Assembly (NCBI GenBank): GCA_050575255.1
Contig: JBNZDD010013683.1
Coordinates: 3,155,928 to 3,219,927, forward strand
Direction: 5' to 3'
Length of the DNA: 64,000 bases
From: Harriotta raleighana
Taxonomy: Eukaryota
Every line of letters starts with the position of its first letter. Position 1 is the stretch's first letter. Shown one piece after another: positions 13,080-25,700 of this stretch. Both the position numbers and the translations under genes were made by a program. The notes below the pieces were generated by a model. It ran no database searches, was not told the DNA's origin, and saw nothing but the letters and a program-made list of their open reading frames with translations.

Positions 13080-13529
13080 TAGTGATTTCTAATGAATTTA
13101 GACAGAATAGATTTAGATGACCTGTGAGGTATAATTTCCTCCTTAGCTATTGGAGCTGACTGCAATTGACTTGTTCTTTGTTACTTGTGAATGATCCAAT
13201 ATCTTGTACGTAGTTGCTGGTTACATCTGCTTTGGAATTGTCATTTTCTTCATTTCTGTTGAATCCAAGATAACTTATGGATGATTGAAACATTTTCATC
13301 CATGTAGCTCAGCAATTATCAGATGTCATATATACCTTTCCTGAAGTTTGATCACTATAAGGTTGGTAACCACTTAGAGGGAGAGATTCTTTTTTAATCT
13401 TACGTTTTTACCAGTTCATTTTCTATTTAATTCTCTTAATTCTGCAGTTTTATTCTGCATTAAATAGGGATCTGCAATTTTGCATAAACATTGTCTGTAC
13501 TACTTACCATTTTGCTGACCTCTCTCAAT

Positions 13530-13632
13530 ATTAATAATTAATCCTTGCATTTAATAAAGTGCCTTATCATGTTGATAAGACGTCTCAAAGCATGTCACAG
13601 AATATACTGTAAAGTGAATTTTGTGGGCAAAA
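13530..13632 (-). mobile_element. Young SINE 3' fragment
   Basis: aatccttgcatttaataaagtgcc...cagaatatactgtaaagtgaatt. Confidence 0.8.
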
Positions 13633-15329
13633 TCTCTTAGTGTTGCATTAAAGTGAATGGTTACCCTACCCATTCTACCAATAAGATGAGTAAATCTTCC
13701 TTTTATTTTCTTCTTAAACTTCATCGCCCTGTGTGAAAAAGATTCATTATGTCTGCATATTACATAGAGCATGACTAATATTATTTGTGTTTTTCCTATA
13801 CAAGATAGAGTCCTTGCTCGCTATGTAACAGAGTTTACAAAATGTATCCCTTGAAAATAATTGAGTTTAGAAATTCTTTGAGCCTCATGTTCAGATTTGA
13901 GTCTTCTGAATGGAACTTCTGTCAACTTTAGCTCCAGATTTAATTGGGTTGAATATATAAATTCCATTACATTTATAGGATTAAAATTAAGCACATTAAA
14001 TCTAAATTTAAAATGGTTTTGAATCTGCAGACGCATTCTGTGGTGAATGTATCATTAATCTGTATTATTATGACTTTCATCCTGTTTGCTGGTCCATTGG
14101 TTTGTAAACCTCCAAATTCGACTTACAAAATTGCATCCTCATTGTGCTAAAGAGTTGTTGTTATTTTCCAGCTTGTCATTTTTCACATCCTTTTAATTAA
14201 ACCTAATAACTTTCCTAATCATAAGTGAAATGTGAAGCATAATGATCCTTGAATCAAACCGTGACCATCCAATTGTGGAGGTTTCCATCTACAGATCCAG
14301 TCAGCTGGGTTCGGCTGTTGTATGGTGTGATGGTCCTGCATAATAGCTTATCTAATGCTGCATGGAAAAACATGATCAACGTAAATGTAAATATTGCAAA
14401 AAGGGTTACACAACAGTCATGAAAGAAACAAGTCAGCATTACTTGAAACAACTGCCCAAGCTGATAAATCTGCTGAATCTGCTCAGCGAAAGGTTGACGC
14501 TTCACACAAAATGAATTGTTTGCTTACCGACCAAGCAGTAAAAGGAGGGTCAAAGAGAATTCTGCCAATATTAAAGGATGGATGGCCCACAGCAGAATGG
14601 TGCGAAGGTACTTCAAGGTAACTGAAGTATTGAACCAGGATGAGCAGCTGTGCACGTTAGCCAGGAAGAAGTGAGAGATGTTGATGGAACCAATTTTCAT
14701 TCTGACCCTGAAATGAGAGTCTTTTATAGGAACCCTGAACCATACTCAATCCACCAGCTAGAACAATGAGGTGATGATAAGTGAATTCAGAAATTTGTTT
14801 CAGAAATCAAACTTTTATATCCCTCATTATTGTGTTTTCAAAGCATTTTAATTTAAGCATCAAACTACTGAACCTTGCATTCAGTTCGGTCATTAATAAC
14901 TGTATGTAAAAAGGGTTTTTACCTTGATTAATGGGCTCCTACATTCTTTGTGAGAGTGAAAGAAGGTGGAGGAATAACCAATAGAGCTTCACATGTCAGG
15001 AAAGCACAGAGACGATTCTTTGAATTAAAAGAAGTGACAGCTTAAACCACGTAACATGCGACTACAAAATAATCAGTTTAATACGGGTGATCATGCATGT
15101 AAAGCTCAATGTTTGAAGCTCAAAATATTGGAATAAGTGGGCAATGCTAAAGAGCATCCGTTTCTCCACAACTGTCAATGCGTTATGGGCAAGGAAACAA
15201 AATGGTCTCCTTTTTTTGATGTAAGCAAACATCCTGTATGCTCACTGACATCAAACCCTGACAGATACCTGCAGTTAGTCCTACTGAAGCTAAACAAAGT
15301 GCAGTAACATACAAGTAAATCAATGCAGT

Positions 15330-15640
15330 CACTTCAATGGCATTTACATTGCAAATTCCCAGAGTGACAGTATATTACAAGGAGCTAGAGAGTCAAGGAT
15401 TCGGACTCGAGATAGGGATTGGAATAATGAGATTTGGAGGGCAGGAAGGGTAGGAGTTGGAGTTGGAGCTGATCGATGGTGCGGTTGAAGAGGAGGCTCT
15501 TGAGAAGGGCTTTAAATGAGGCAACAAAGTGGCTGAGGTGAAGGGACTGTGGAATAAAGTTTCTAAAAAAGGCTGACTGCCCTATGGTGGGAAGGGCCAG
15601 GCGGGAGATATGGAGCAGGCCAGAGCCCGCAGAGAGGATT
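15330..15640 (-). mobile_element. Decayed L2 LINE 3' fragment
   Basis: Purine-rich tract colinear with 1230-1560 (gaggtgaagggactgtggaataaagtttc...aaggctgactgccctatggtgg). Another L2-type tail lies at ~15917-15963 (+). Confidence 0.55.
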
Positions 15641-16461
15641 GCTGTTTAACGTTGCATCCCACCTCCAAGCAATGCAATGATTCCCCAGTATGGCATTGGA
15701 GCATGAACCAAGATTAAGACCCCAAAAAGAGGTTGAACCCCATAGCCTTCTAACCAAGGACAGCAAAACTGACCACTGAGGATTTCTGACACCACAACAC
15801 CTAATTTGGAAGCAATGAACTTTAAATCATGCTGCCATTCAAGAGAAAATAAAATATATTTTTGTGAGTAAAACTGTAGTTTCAGTGCACATATTGTGGC
15901 ATGGTCTCGTTGTTCAGCACCTTGGGATGTCCTCCTATACAAGTGTAATTTTGTTGTTGTTGTTCAAGAATTTTCTTTGTTTGTCTCTCAAACTAAACTT
16001 TGAGCCAAGCTAAAATCTCAGACAATATAGATGCTTCACACACTGCAGTACAGTTACAAAGAGGCAGAAACAATGAACTGCACAGCCATAAGTCATTTTC
16101 TAGTTCCAATTGAAGTATAATGTGTTAACACAGATGAGACTAACTTGGAAGCCTGTCAAATGTGAGTGCAATGTGTTCAAAATGGGTTGGTAAGAGCAAG
16201 GATGGAACTCCAAAATGGCTGAAAGCTTTTTATTCCCATGCTTAATCTTCAGAGAGCAAGAATTGGGAGAAACAGAACAACATGGCTAAGGATATGCAAA
16301 CATTCATTTGATTTTTTAATTTCAATAAGATGTATTATTATTATTTGATCTATGCCATTGCCTTGAATGAATATATTCAATGTGTTCAAAGAATTAACAG
16401 TCCATTGTATTAACTGTGGTACTCAGCTTCTATAGTGCTGGTACATCTTATAATATAACTA

Positions 16462-16830
16462 ATCCTTGGCACTTGATAGAGTGCCTTTTACATCAGGAGG
16501 ATGTCTCAAAGCGCTTCACAGATTAATGTAAATGAATGACTCTGCATGTGGGCAGACACCAATTTGTGCACAGCAATATCCCACTACAGTCACATCATCA
16601 TCAATTTTATCTGGGGATTGTTGGTCAGGATACAAGGAGAAACTCCCTTCTTTAAGGGATCGTTAACATCTACCGGAATAGGCCAGATTGGACCTCAATA
16701 TAATGTCTTGTCTTAAGGATGGCACCTCCAATGATGCAACCACCCCCAGCACTACATTGGAATGTCTGGATAGACTTGCAAGTTCAAAGTCTTGAGGTGG
16801 GACTTGAACCCTCATTCAGAGACGAGTGAG
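16462..16830 (-). mobile_element. Deu-domain SINE, near full length, decayed
   Basis: Tail (aatccttggcacttgatagagtgcc), Deu core (ggtcaggatacaaggagaaactccc...taacatctacc...taaggatggcacctcc) and B-box-like ggacttgaacc. Confidence 0.75.
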
Positions 16831-16910
16831 TACCACATCCTATGATTATGTGCAGTGCGTATATTGCTGTAAATAGCTTAACAATGTGGAATGTGCAATA
16901 TTGTCTGTAA

Positions 16911-17010
16911 AAAACAGAAATTGCTGGGAACACTCAACAGATCAGGCAGCATCTATGGAGAAGGGAAAGTGAATCAACGTTTTGAGTCCACGTGATGTCC
17001 TATCAAGAAT
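16911..17010 (-). mobile_element. Decayed fragment of a common chondrichthyan repeat, probably Penelope-like terminal region
   Basis: aaaacagaaattgctgggaacactcaacagatcaggcagcatctatggaga...aacgttt resembles the recalled repeat AAAACAGAAAATGCTGGAAATACTCAGCAGGTCAGGCAGCATCTGTGGAGA. Confidence 0.45.
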
Positions 17011-19870
17011 TACCACTGCTTCCAAACTAATCAACTGGCTTTGTACAAACACACACCAATCCTTAACAGCAGATCACGCCATAATTCTGACCGATTGCCA
17101 CTCAGTAACAAACTGCAGCCTCACTAAATTTATCTTCTTGATAATTCAGAGCTATTAAGCACACTTGCACTGAGAACTACAATGTTTAATTACCATAATT
17201 CTGACCATTTAGGGTGACTGGCATTGTCTGTAATTGAGACTGATGACCACATACTCTGACATTCCTCGTAAATCAATGAATTGTGAAGCGTTAAAAGACT
17301 ACAGGGGTGGCAGAATTGAATTGTCAGACTGTTCCAAAGTTAATTTAGCTGTTTTTTAAAAAAAAAAAATTTTTTTAATGTTTTCTTCACAAACAAATGG
17401 AGAGCACTCGCAACCGGACTATGTGTGATGACAATGCAAGTACAAGTCTCATTTCTGAGCGTCGATCCGCTGGTTAAAATCCCAACCCCCTCCCCCCCCC
17501 CCCACCGAGGTCAACAATATCAACAATATGCATTTATATAACACCCTTCACGCTGGGTAGTGACGTGGAGTGCTTAACATTGATGGAGCCTGATGCCAAG
17601 CTGGAGGTGACCGTAAGCAATCAAATAGTGAATGAGTCAAAATGCTGTGTTGTGAATCTAGATTGATCATCAAACCAACGAGACATCCCCAAAAGCTGTT
17701 TCCGTACATCCTTATGCTTCCTTATAAAATATTGCATGTTACTTTTGAAGGTTCCTCAACTTGTTCTGATCAACCACAAAGTCTTCACTGGATTTCCTAT
17801 GTTCCCAATGGAAGCTGAAAACCAACTCAAAGTATGCTTCAGAAGCAGTTCAGAAGATGCTCGCCCCAAGCCCGAAAACATCTGTTTTGGACACATTTTT
17901 TGTTCCTGCCTCACCACAACATTTCTTGCTTAGAATTACAGGAGCAATATTTCAAAGGTGTATTTTCAAGAGACCAGGAAACACCACACATTGTGTTTTC
18001 ACTGAAATGCATCTCAGCCGAACAATGTTGACTTTGGAGATTTCTTGAAAGTATGTGAAACTTAATTTGTTGAGGAACATGTTCAATCCATCTCTATTTT
18101 ATCAGACCTGCTTTATATTCTGGGTCTGTCTTTGTTATTCAAGATTAATTTTGCTATAACTAGCATGACCAATTGAAATCTCTGGGATGGACAATATGTT
18201 ACCTTTTACATCAATGGAATCTGAACAGATGTATTAAACATTTGCAAAAATAAGTATCGATCAAAGATTAATTGAAATGAAGATTGTTAACATTGGGCAT
18301 TTGCAATTGTTCCTACAATGAAATTTTTTCAAACTGCAGTTATTTAAACTGGAGTAAAAATATAATCTTTATATTTGATGTAAAGCCTGTCACACTGAGA
18401 GGCAATCTCAAAGTTTTTCACAGGATTGACTGTAAACTGTAGTAACTGCATTTTTGTATGGAAATGTGTGTATTTGTAAGGAAACGTGTATAATTAATTG
18501 TGCAGAACCCATTAAAGGAATGCTTAATTCTAGCCCTACTTGATCAAACGTTCTTTCTAACAATAAACTCTGTTTCTCTTCATTAAAATTAATACTTTAT
18601 GCAGGAGCAATAATGTCAGCCTATTTTGTACAGAAATAAATTTACCTACTTGCCCACTCCTCACCCACTCCATTTCCCTTCATCTGAATATTTAATGTAG
18701 TTCAGCAATAATTTGTGGATGGAAGTTCTCTGTTAACCACAGTGGAATCATGTTACTGTCTTATTAGAAAATGTGTAGTTTTAAGATAAGGGTTCAGCAA
18801 TTGCAAAGTGAATTTCACCATCGGTGACTTGTGACCCGATTCTATCATTCAGTGTTACGGGCAAAGATTTCTCGAGTTCACTTCCCTTCAGGGGAATCTT
18901 TATCATCCGTTCACAGCTAGAATTTGTGACACCTCAGGCAAGCTTATTTCAGAAAAAGAGCTGAATAGCAGAACAGTTTATGTGGGTTCTTTCCTGCATG
19001 TTAGGTTGATAGAAGTTGGCAACATTGAAGGTGTTAGGTGGGTCAGCCACAAACAAACACCCATTGCCAAACTTGGCTTACTTCAGTAAAGACGTCCCAT
19101 GGTTTCATTTTGCATCTCAATAAAATGTTTTGTTTTTAAAGTACAAGGAGGAAACTCAGTTAAATCCTTTATTTTAATCCCAGAGATTCAATTAGAATGC
19201 TTTGGCACTNCGTTGCGTCAAAGTGCCCCAACTTTCTATGGTTCTACATAATGAATGGCAGAGGAAGAGTTAAATGAAATAGCTGGAGAAGCATCTCCAG
19301 AACCCCCTTTGCAGGTAAATTGAACAACAATGGAATTCTTCACACTCTCGACAGGGATTCTTATTATATAAACCGTACTGTCGGGTATATTTTCAATTAA
19401 GGAGCAATATCGTGCAGAAAAAAAACATTGAGAAAGAGTTGACTTCGGCGAATGTTGAGCACAGCTTTTATTCCTGCAGTAACTCAAAGCATTGCTAATG
19501 GTTGGTTTCTGAAATTGTGAAAAGCAAAGGGCAATGTCCTGTAATTTGAAGAACGAGTTCCAATGTGTTCTTTGACTACTCATATTATTAATTTTCAGCA
19601 GCTTTTAAGAATTATGAAAGGTATAATAAATACTTCAATAGTTTGCACGTGAAAATGAACATGCATCCAGTTGGAATAGATATGTCCTGTATGTATATTT
19701 TTAAAATTGCCTTATTTTCCCCATCTCCCACAGTATCCATCTCTCTCTATTAGCCAGAAATCTTGGGCAGTTCTGCAGTTAACAAAAGGAAATCAGAATC
19801 GTTTTACAAGCAGAGGAATATGTCTCTCACAATGCAGCATCTGCTACCCCTACACTGGTATCAGCATTAT

Positions 19871-20191
19871 GGAGTCTTGTTGCTCAGTGGTTAAAGCACT
19901 CTCCTTCCAAGCAAGAGACTTGGTTTCAATTCCCTGTGGGGCGAAACCTTGGGCAAGTTTCCCTGCTCCACATGCCTGATAATGTTCCCTCAAGAAAAAA
20001 AAACAATAATAATTTGGTCACTCATGACTGTTTGTGGGACACTGCTGTGCACAATTGGCTGCCGTGTTTCACCCACAAATATGCAGTCAATTCATTTTAC
20101 AGCATATTCCGTGAAGCGCTTTGAGACATCTAAAAGACGTGAAAAGTGTATATCAAATGCAAGGATTATTATTAGTAGTAGTATTATTATT
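19871..20191 (+). mobile_element. Young tRNA-derived SINE, full length
   Basis: Head ggagtcttgttgctcagtggttaaagcactc, body and tail as in 77-387. Confidence 0.9.
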
Positions 20192-20316
20192 AGAAAGCTC
20201 AACATCTCAGAGTGGCTTAAAATCAATCCTTCTGGCCAGGATACTGGAATATGCTTAGAGTACAGCATCGAACTGTGCTTAAACTCTTTTAAAGAAAGTA
20301 TTGAAATAAGTGCTTG

Positions 20317-20375
20317 AACAACAACAACAACAAAATTACACTTGTATATAGCGCCTTTCATGTTAGGAGGATGTA
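20317..20375 (-). mobile_element. L2-type 3' tail with (CAA)n on the + strand
   Basis: (aac)n-aaaattacacttgtatatagcgcctttcatgttaggaggatgt. Similar short tails at ~17510-17620, 31010-31120, 32016-32075 and 42517-42580. Confidence 0.7.
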
Positions 20376-21430
20376 GACTCACTTGTATTCACTGGTACAT
20401 CTTTTACTGTTGACTATCTGATCGTGTTTCATTTTGTCACTGTGTATCTGGTACACAAGTTGGCATGAGGCAGAGAAAAAGATTGAAGACCTGTCATTCG
20501 AATCTGTAGAACCCAATTATTGAAGGACACATGTTTACAATGTTTCAGTATTGGAGGGTCTGTAAAATATATCTGTTGGCATTGGGATTTTCTAATTGAA
20601 AATTCAGCAAGTAACTATATTAGTGCTGACTCAATGGAACAGTTGAAGTGGAGATTACAACATTAATTTGGATTAAGAAGGCCCTTCAACTCATGTGATA
20701 TGATCTTTCAAGAATACTTAGTCCCAGCATCCTCCCATCACAGCAGAAATTTTTTTGTACACGATTCCAGTATCCTGGCCTCAACCACCCCCGTGAATTA
20801 ATCGTGAAATGCTATTGGTTTTCGACAGGATTTCCCTATTGCTGAGTCTGTAAGGTTTTTGCACCTTGGAGGGGGTGAAGCGAGTGTCAGACACCACCAA
20901 ATATATATATATTTTAAAGAATTTTATTGTTAATTATAGAAAAACATTAGTAAGGGTTACATACGATCAGTGGTTCATTATATATCACAGTTACTTGACG
21001 CATCATCAATACTCGTTGTACTTAAATGACAACTAAAATGCTTTCTTAACAAGATTAATTGAAAATCATAATTCTAAACATAAAAGAACCTTTATGTGGT
21101 ATAAGAGATGTGCCTAAGCAATGTCTTCCTGCCCTTGCATGTTGGGTGCACGTTTTAGTAATTAGGAAAGATACTACCAATTAGTCAAGAGGTTGCTCAA
21201 AGGACTTGTAGTTTTGTTTTGTGGCAGGCTCAAGAATTAAACACAGTCTCTGACTTGCTTCTGGCTGCAAACATCTTTGGCTTGTTTTTCTCTGCTGCAG
21301 TGTTCTTTGCCATCCACTCCAGCGAGAACTAGACCTGCTCCCTTCCGTGGTCTACTCTGGCGAGAGCTAGACTAGGATCTCTACTTCCCTTCAGAGGTCC
21401 GTTCATTTCTGACTTCCTTCGTTCCGGCTA

Positions 21431-21554
21431 CTGTGTTATACATCTCCCGTCTCTGCCATTGTGTTAACTTCTACCATCTCTGTCACTGTGTTAACTTCTC
21501 CCATCTCTGCCACCGTGTAAACTTCTCCCGTCTCTATCACTGTGTAAACTTCTC
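21431..21554. repeat. 27-bp minisatellite, about 4.5 copies
   Basis: Unit ctgtgttaacttctcccatctctgcca; produces the LCHCVNFxH periodicity in ORF 21433..21660. Confidence 0.85.
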
Positions 21555-21582
21555 AACATCTCAAAGTGCTCCACCCAATATA

Positions 21583-22780
21583 GAGTTAACCCTCGTCGAT
21601 TGCGTGGGTTACATTTCTGGAAAACTGCGCACTCAACGAAATCGCGTTGGAGAAGCTTAAGAAGTAATGGGAAAAGGGAGGTTAGGGGAATCCAATCACA
21701 GGCAACCTACCTCAAGCTGCAGAGAGCCGCTCGGGGGCGGGGACGGGGGCGTGGGCGGAGGCATGGGGGAGGGGAGCAGAGAGCCGCTTGGGGGCGGGGG
21801 GAGGGTGGGGGGGCAAGCAGAGAGCCACAGGCTATATTGCTTTACTGCTTTGTTATCGCTTTATAGCAATAAAGTGATAACATAAGAACATAAGAAATAG
21901 GAGAACATAAGAAATAGGAGCAGGAGTAGGCCATTCGCCCCATTGAGCCTGCCCTGCCATTCAATCATGGCTGATATTCTACTCTAACTCCAGCTACCTG
22001 CCATATCCCCATAACCTTTAATCCCTTCATAAATGAGAAATCTATCTAATTCAGTCTTGAATATGTTCAAGGACTGAGCATCAACAGCCCTTTGGGGTAA
22101 AGAATTCCATACATCCTCCATCCTCTGAGTGAAGAAGTTTTTTTTCTCAACTCAGTGTAAAGGGGCTGACCCCTAACTTTAAAACTGTGACCCCTGGTTT
22201 TAGATTCTCCAACCAGGGGAAAACAATCTCCCACTATCTATTTTGTCGTGCCCCTTAATAATCTTATAGGTTTCTGTAAGATCCCCTCTAATTCTTCTAT
22301 GTTCCAGAGAGTATAGGCCCAAATTAATCAACCTATCATCATAACTCATCCCCCTCATTCCAGATACTAACCTAGTAAACCTATGCTGCACTCTCTCCAA
22401 GGCAAATATATCCTTTCTTAAATAAGGAGACCAAAACTGCACACTGTATTCCAAGTGTGATATCACCAGGGCCCTATAACAAAGCAGTTAAAGCAGTAAA
22501 AAGAAAACAATAAAGCAATAAAACAACAGCTAGGCTACACTACTGTTCTCTCTGTCTCTTCTATTATCGAAGAGTTACCTAAGGATGCATTGCGCGTAGG
22601 GCCAGCCCGCTGAGGGATCATCGGCTTTAGTTCGGGAGCGGTCGGCTTCCTCACATATGTGCATGCATCCAGCAGGTATACACAAGTTTTACACGTGCTG
22701 CACAAAAAAGTGATGCTTTTGTTTTGTCGAGTTTACTTGAATTCGCAATCGATAAAGTCGCATTCGACGAGGGTTAACTG
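21583..22780. mobile_element. Non-autonomous Tc1/mariner-superfamily (Tigger/pogo-like) DNA transposon with nested CR1
   Basis: TA|gagttaaccctcgtcgattgcg ... cgcattcgacgagggttaactg|TA: 22-bp TIRs matching at 20/22 positions, TA on both flanks, no transposase ORF. Confidence 0.8.
21883..22475 (-). mobile_element. CR1 LINE, 5'-truncated (ORF2 C-terminus and (TTCTTATG)n tail)
   Basis: YRALVISHLEYSVQFWSPYLRKDIFALERVQHRFTRL...LGLYSLEHRRIRGDLTETYKII is a typical CR1 ORF2 C-terminus; frameshifted afterwards. Apparent TSD ataaca at 21877-21882 and 22476-22481. Confidence 0.92.
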
Positions 22781-25700
22781 TACAGTGTAAAGTGTATATT
22801 TGCTAACCTTGTCTTGGCATTCTTCCCTATCTTTGAGTTAGTTACTTTGTATACCTTAAGATTTGCTCCATTCCATCTTATCTAGCCCGACCAGAGCTCC
22901 TGACTTACCTGTCCTTGACGGTCTGAACATTTTCAATAACTCATTGTCCTGTCTTTGGCTCTGCCTATGGGACTTACTGGTCTGAACATTTCTCAGCCCT
23001 TTCAGCTCTATTCTCCCAATCCCGTTATCTAGACACATTCAAGTGCAAGTCTATCTCCTTGTTTCTATAGTGCACTGTGTGGGTGTGTTTATGTGTTCCA
23101 AACCACATGGCATATTTTGTTTAATACATTCGATTATTTACTACATGATCAATAAGGCTTATAATATAATTTCAACTATTTCCAAGTCCCAAGGGAATAT
23201 CAATGAATCCTGTTTGCAAACAACCCTTTTTCTTTACCTTGTCATCACTGAATGACATGAACTCAGGCCACATCTGCCAGCAATGTTTCTTGCACAGTCA
23301 GACTGACTTGACTTTGGTTCCCCTCTGTTCTGTCAGTGCCTGCATTAAGTCAACTGTATAATCTCTTCGAATTCACATTTTGGAAGAGAAATAATGGATC
23401 CCCTGCAGGCGGGTGCTGAACCAAACCACAGATGCTGTTCTGAAATCTGGCTTCAGGATAACGCTACAGGGCATTGCGTTTGTGGGGAGGTGCAATGGTT
23501 TGGAATATATTTGCGACAAACTCGGACTTTATTTTTACTCGTACCATGAGAATAAATGCAATTCTTATCCAACTGGGTTCTATTTGCATCACTTGCATAT
23601 TTTAATCATTTGTCATCTGTGACCTAGTTGCGATTTGTTTTTCTTTCTGACATTAAGTACCTAGTTTCTACTGCTCCTCTTTCTCTTTCCCCCGCCACAA
23701 CCCCTCCACTCCCGTACCTCGAGGGCTGAATCGGCTAAGTTCTGTGCAATAATTCCATTTACATGTGTTTAATTAAATGCCAATCCAGATGCAAAATGTT
23801 CAACACAGAAATGCTGTGTACAGGAGCCATCACATTAGTTTAGTGTAATGCAGCAGGTGTTTTATGTGCTCAGTGCTAATAAGGGATTCACTTTTATGCA
23901 GCAGATTATAGATGCAGCTTTGTACATGGCGTCCTTTCTGCTCAGTAACCTGAAATATGTGAAGAGGTTTTAGCTCAACATTACTTACTATAATTATTTT
24001 GCAGTTTTAAATCATGGATTACTGATGAATACAGGTTAAAGAGAATAAAATCGAGTACTGTGGGATTCATTTATTATAGTAATAAGACACGGAATCAGCT
24101 AAGGTGTATTCTGAAGCAGGGTACCAGCTAATTACCGATTGAAATACTGCAATAATAAAATAATTGCCTCTACATAGTAGCTTTTTTTTAAACAAGATAT
24201 TTCGGATGTGCTTGACCTCACACAAGCAGTGACCAGTTCTGAGTGAGCATTCCTGCCAATCAAGTTCCATACTTATCTTTCTAATGACTTAAATTGAGTG
24301 GAGGAGGATAAGGGTGCATTTACCAGCATTATTGGGCTCACTACTTTGTATTGGGGAGGCGTCAACAGGAAAAATGTGGTGGTCGATTTATTCGGGATAA
24401 TTAGCAAATCTCATCTCACTTTTCTCCTGCTTTCTCTCCCTTTCTCAGTGCATTACTTAATTTGCTTATGATTTGAATCTTCAATGCTAGGTTAGGCACC
24501 ATGATTTGACTGGCATTTTGAATNTTGGGTACGTTTTCTGTCGCAGGAAATGCTTAGTGATCTGTCATTAATCTGAATGCAATTTTTTTTAACCCCTTTC
24601 CTGCTCCTGCTGGGCTATTATCCTCATCAATAATATGGTTATGTGGAGAAAGGCCCGAATTTTTAATTATCTTCTTTAAACATTTCTTCTCTTGCACAGA
24701 CACGTTCACCTTTTCATTGAAGATTATTTGTCTTTTGTTCCCATTAAGCTCAACCTTTGTGAGTTCATGAATTAATGAAGATGAAAATGTATTTAAAATT
24801 GGTTTGAACTCTGCAATCCTGAGATAAACAGGATCTGTTTATCCACCTACCTGTACCTTATGACTTGAGAAACCTGGGATGTGTCCATTTTTGCTTGGAC
24901 TCTATGTTGTGACTGGAGTAACTCGCCCTCATGAAGAAGCGCTTAGTATAAAAGATTCATTGCAAATCTGGAATTCCTGTCCTCAGTATGAACAGCAATG
25001 AAGCATGCCCTATCTGTAAGTAAAATGAACACTTGAGATAATATGTGACATTATTTATCACGACAGTATTTACTCTTGTGATGGACACATGGGGTTGCTT
25101 GTTATGAAAACGCTGCAGGATTCTTCAGCTCACCTTCAAACGTGCACAAGAACATATGGTTTGGTCAACGGGGTACAAGAGCATATCATTTTAATTGCAT
25201 TGGCAAAGTACCTTAGGATTTTTTTCCCTATGACTTAAACGTATTTACAGTGATCCAGATTGTTGCAGCTCATTGCATATTTCAATACAGTCAAATATTT
25301 GTTTTAGCAAATGTTGATTGAAAAGCTGGAAGGGTTGCAAAGCAAGAGTACGTCAGCTATCATGTTCGTTAGGAACACTAAGATTAATGAATCACACTTT
25401 ATCTTGCCATCTAATTGGAGAGGAACTTCCAATGATCAATTGGAATTACTGAAAATGGATATGCAGCCGAAAATCATTTGTGTTGCAGCAATGTCCAGTT
25501 TAGAAAGCAGCTTGATACTCTGGTGGGGGAACAATAAATAAGTCCAGTGCTGTTGCCTCAACTACCCTTCTTTGCAACCTGTTCCAGTCATTAATTACCT
25601 GCAGGTAAAGAACAACCCCCTAATATGTGTCCTGCAAATGCCCTTTGTAATGTTAAACCTATTTCCTCTTAGTCCATTGTTCCACAACTTTAACATGCAT

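Noticed and set aside
21433-21660. Cys/His repeat protein or CRISPR-like array
   Set aside because: Contiguous 27-bp minisatellite with no spacers, in eukaryotic DNA with no cas genes.
21600-21885. RG- or Gly-rich ORFs
   Set aside because: By-product of G-rich MITE sequence; non-ATG start for one and no splice context.
22200-22466. Host gene exon
   Set aside because: It is the CR1 ORF2 C-terminus, truncated and frameshifted.
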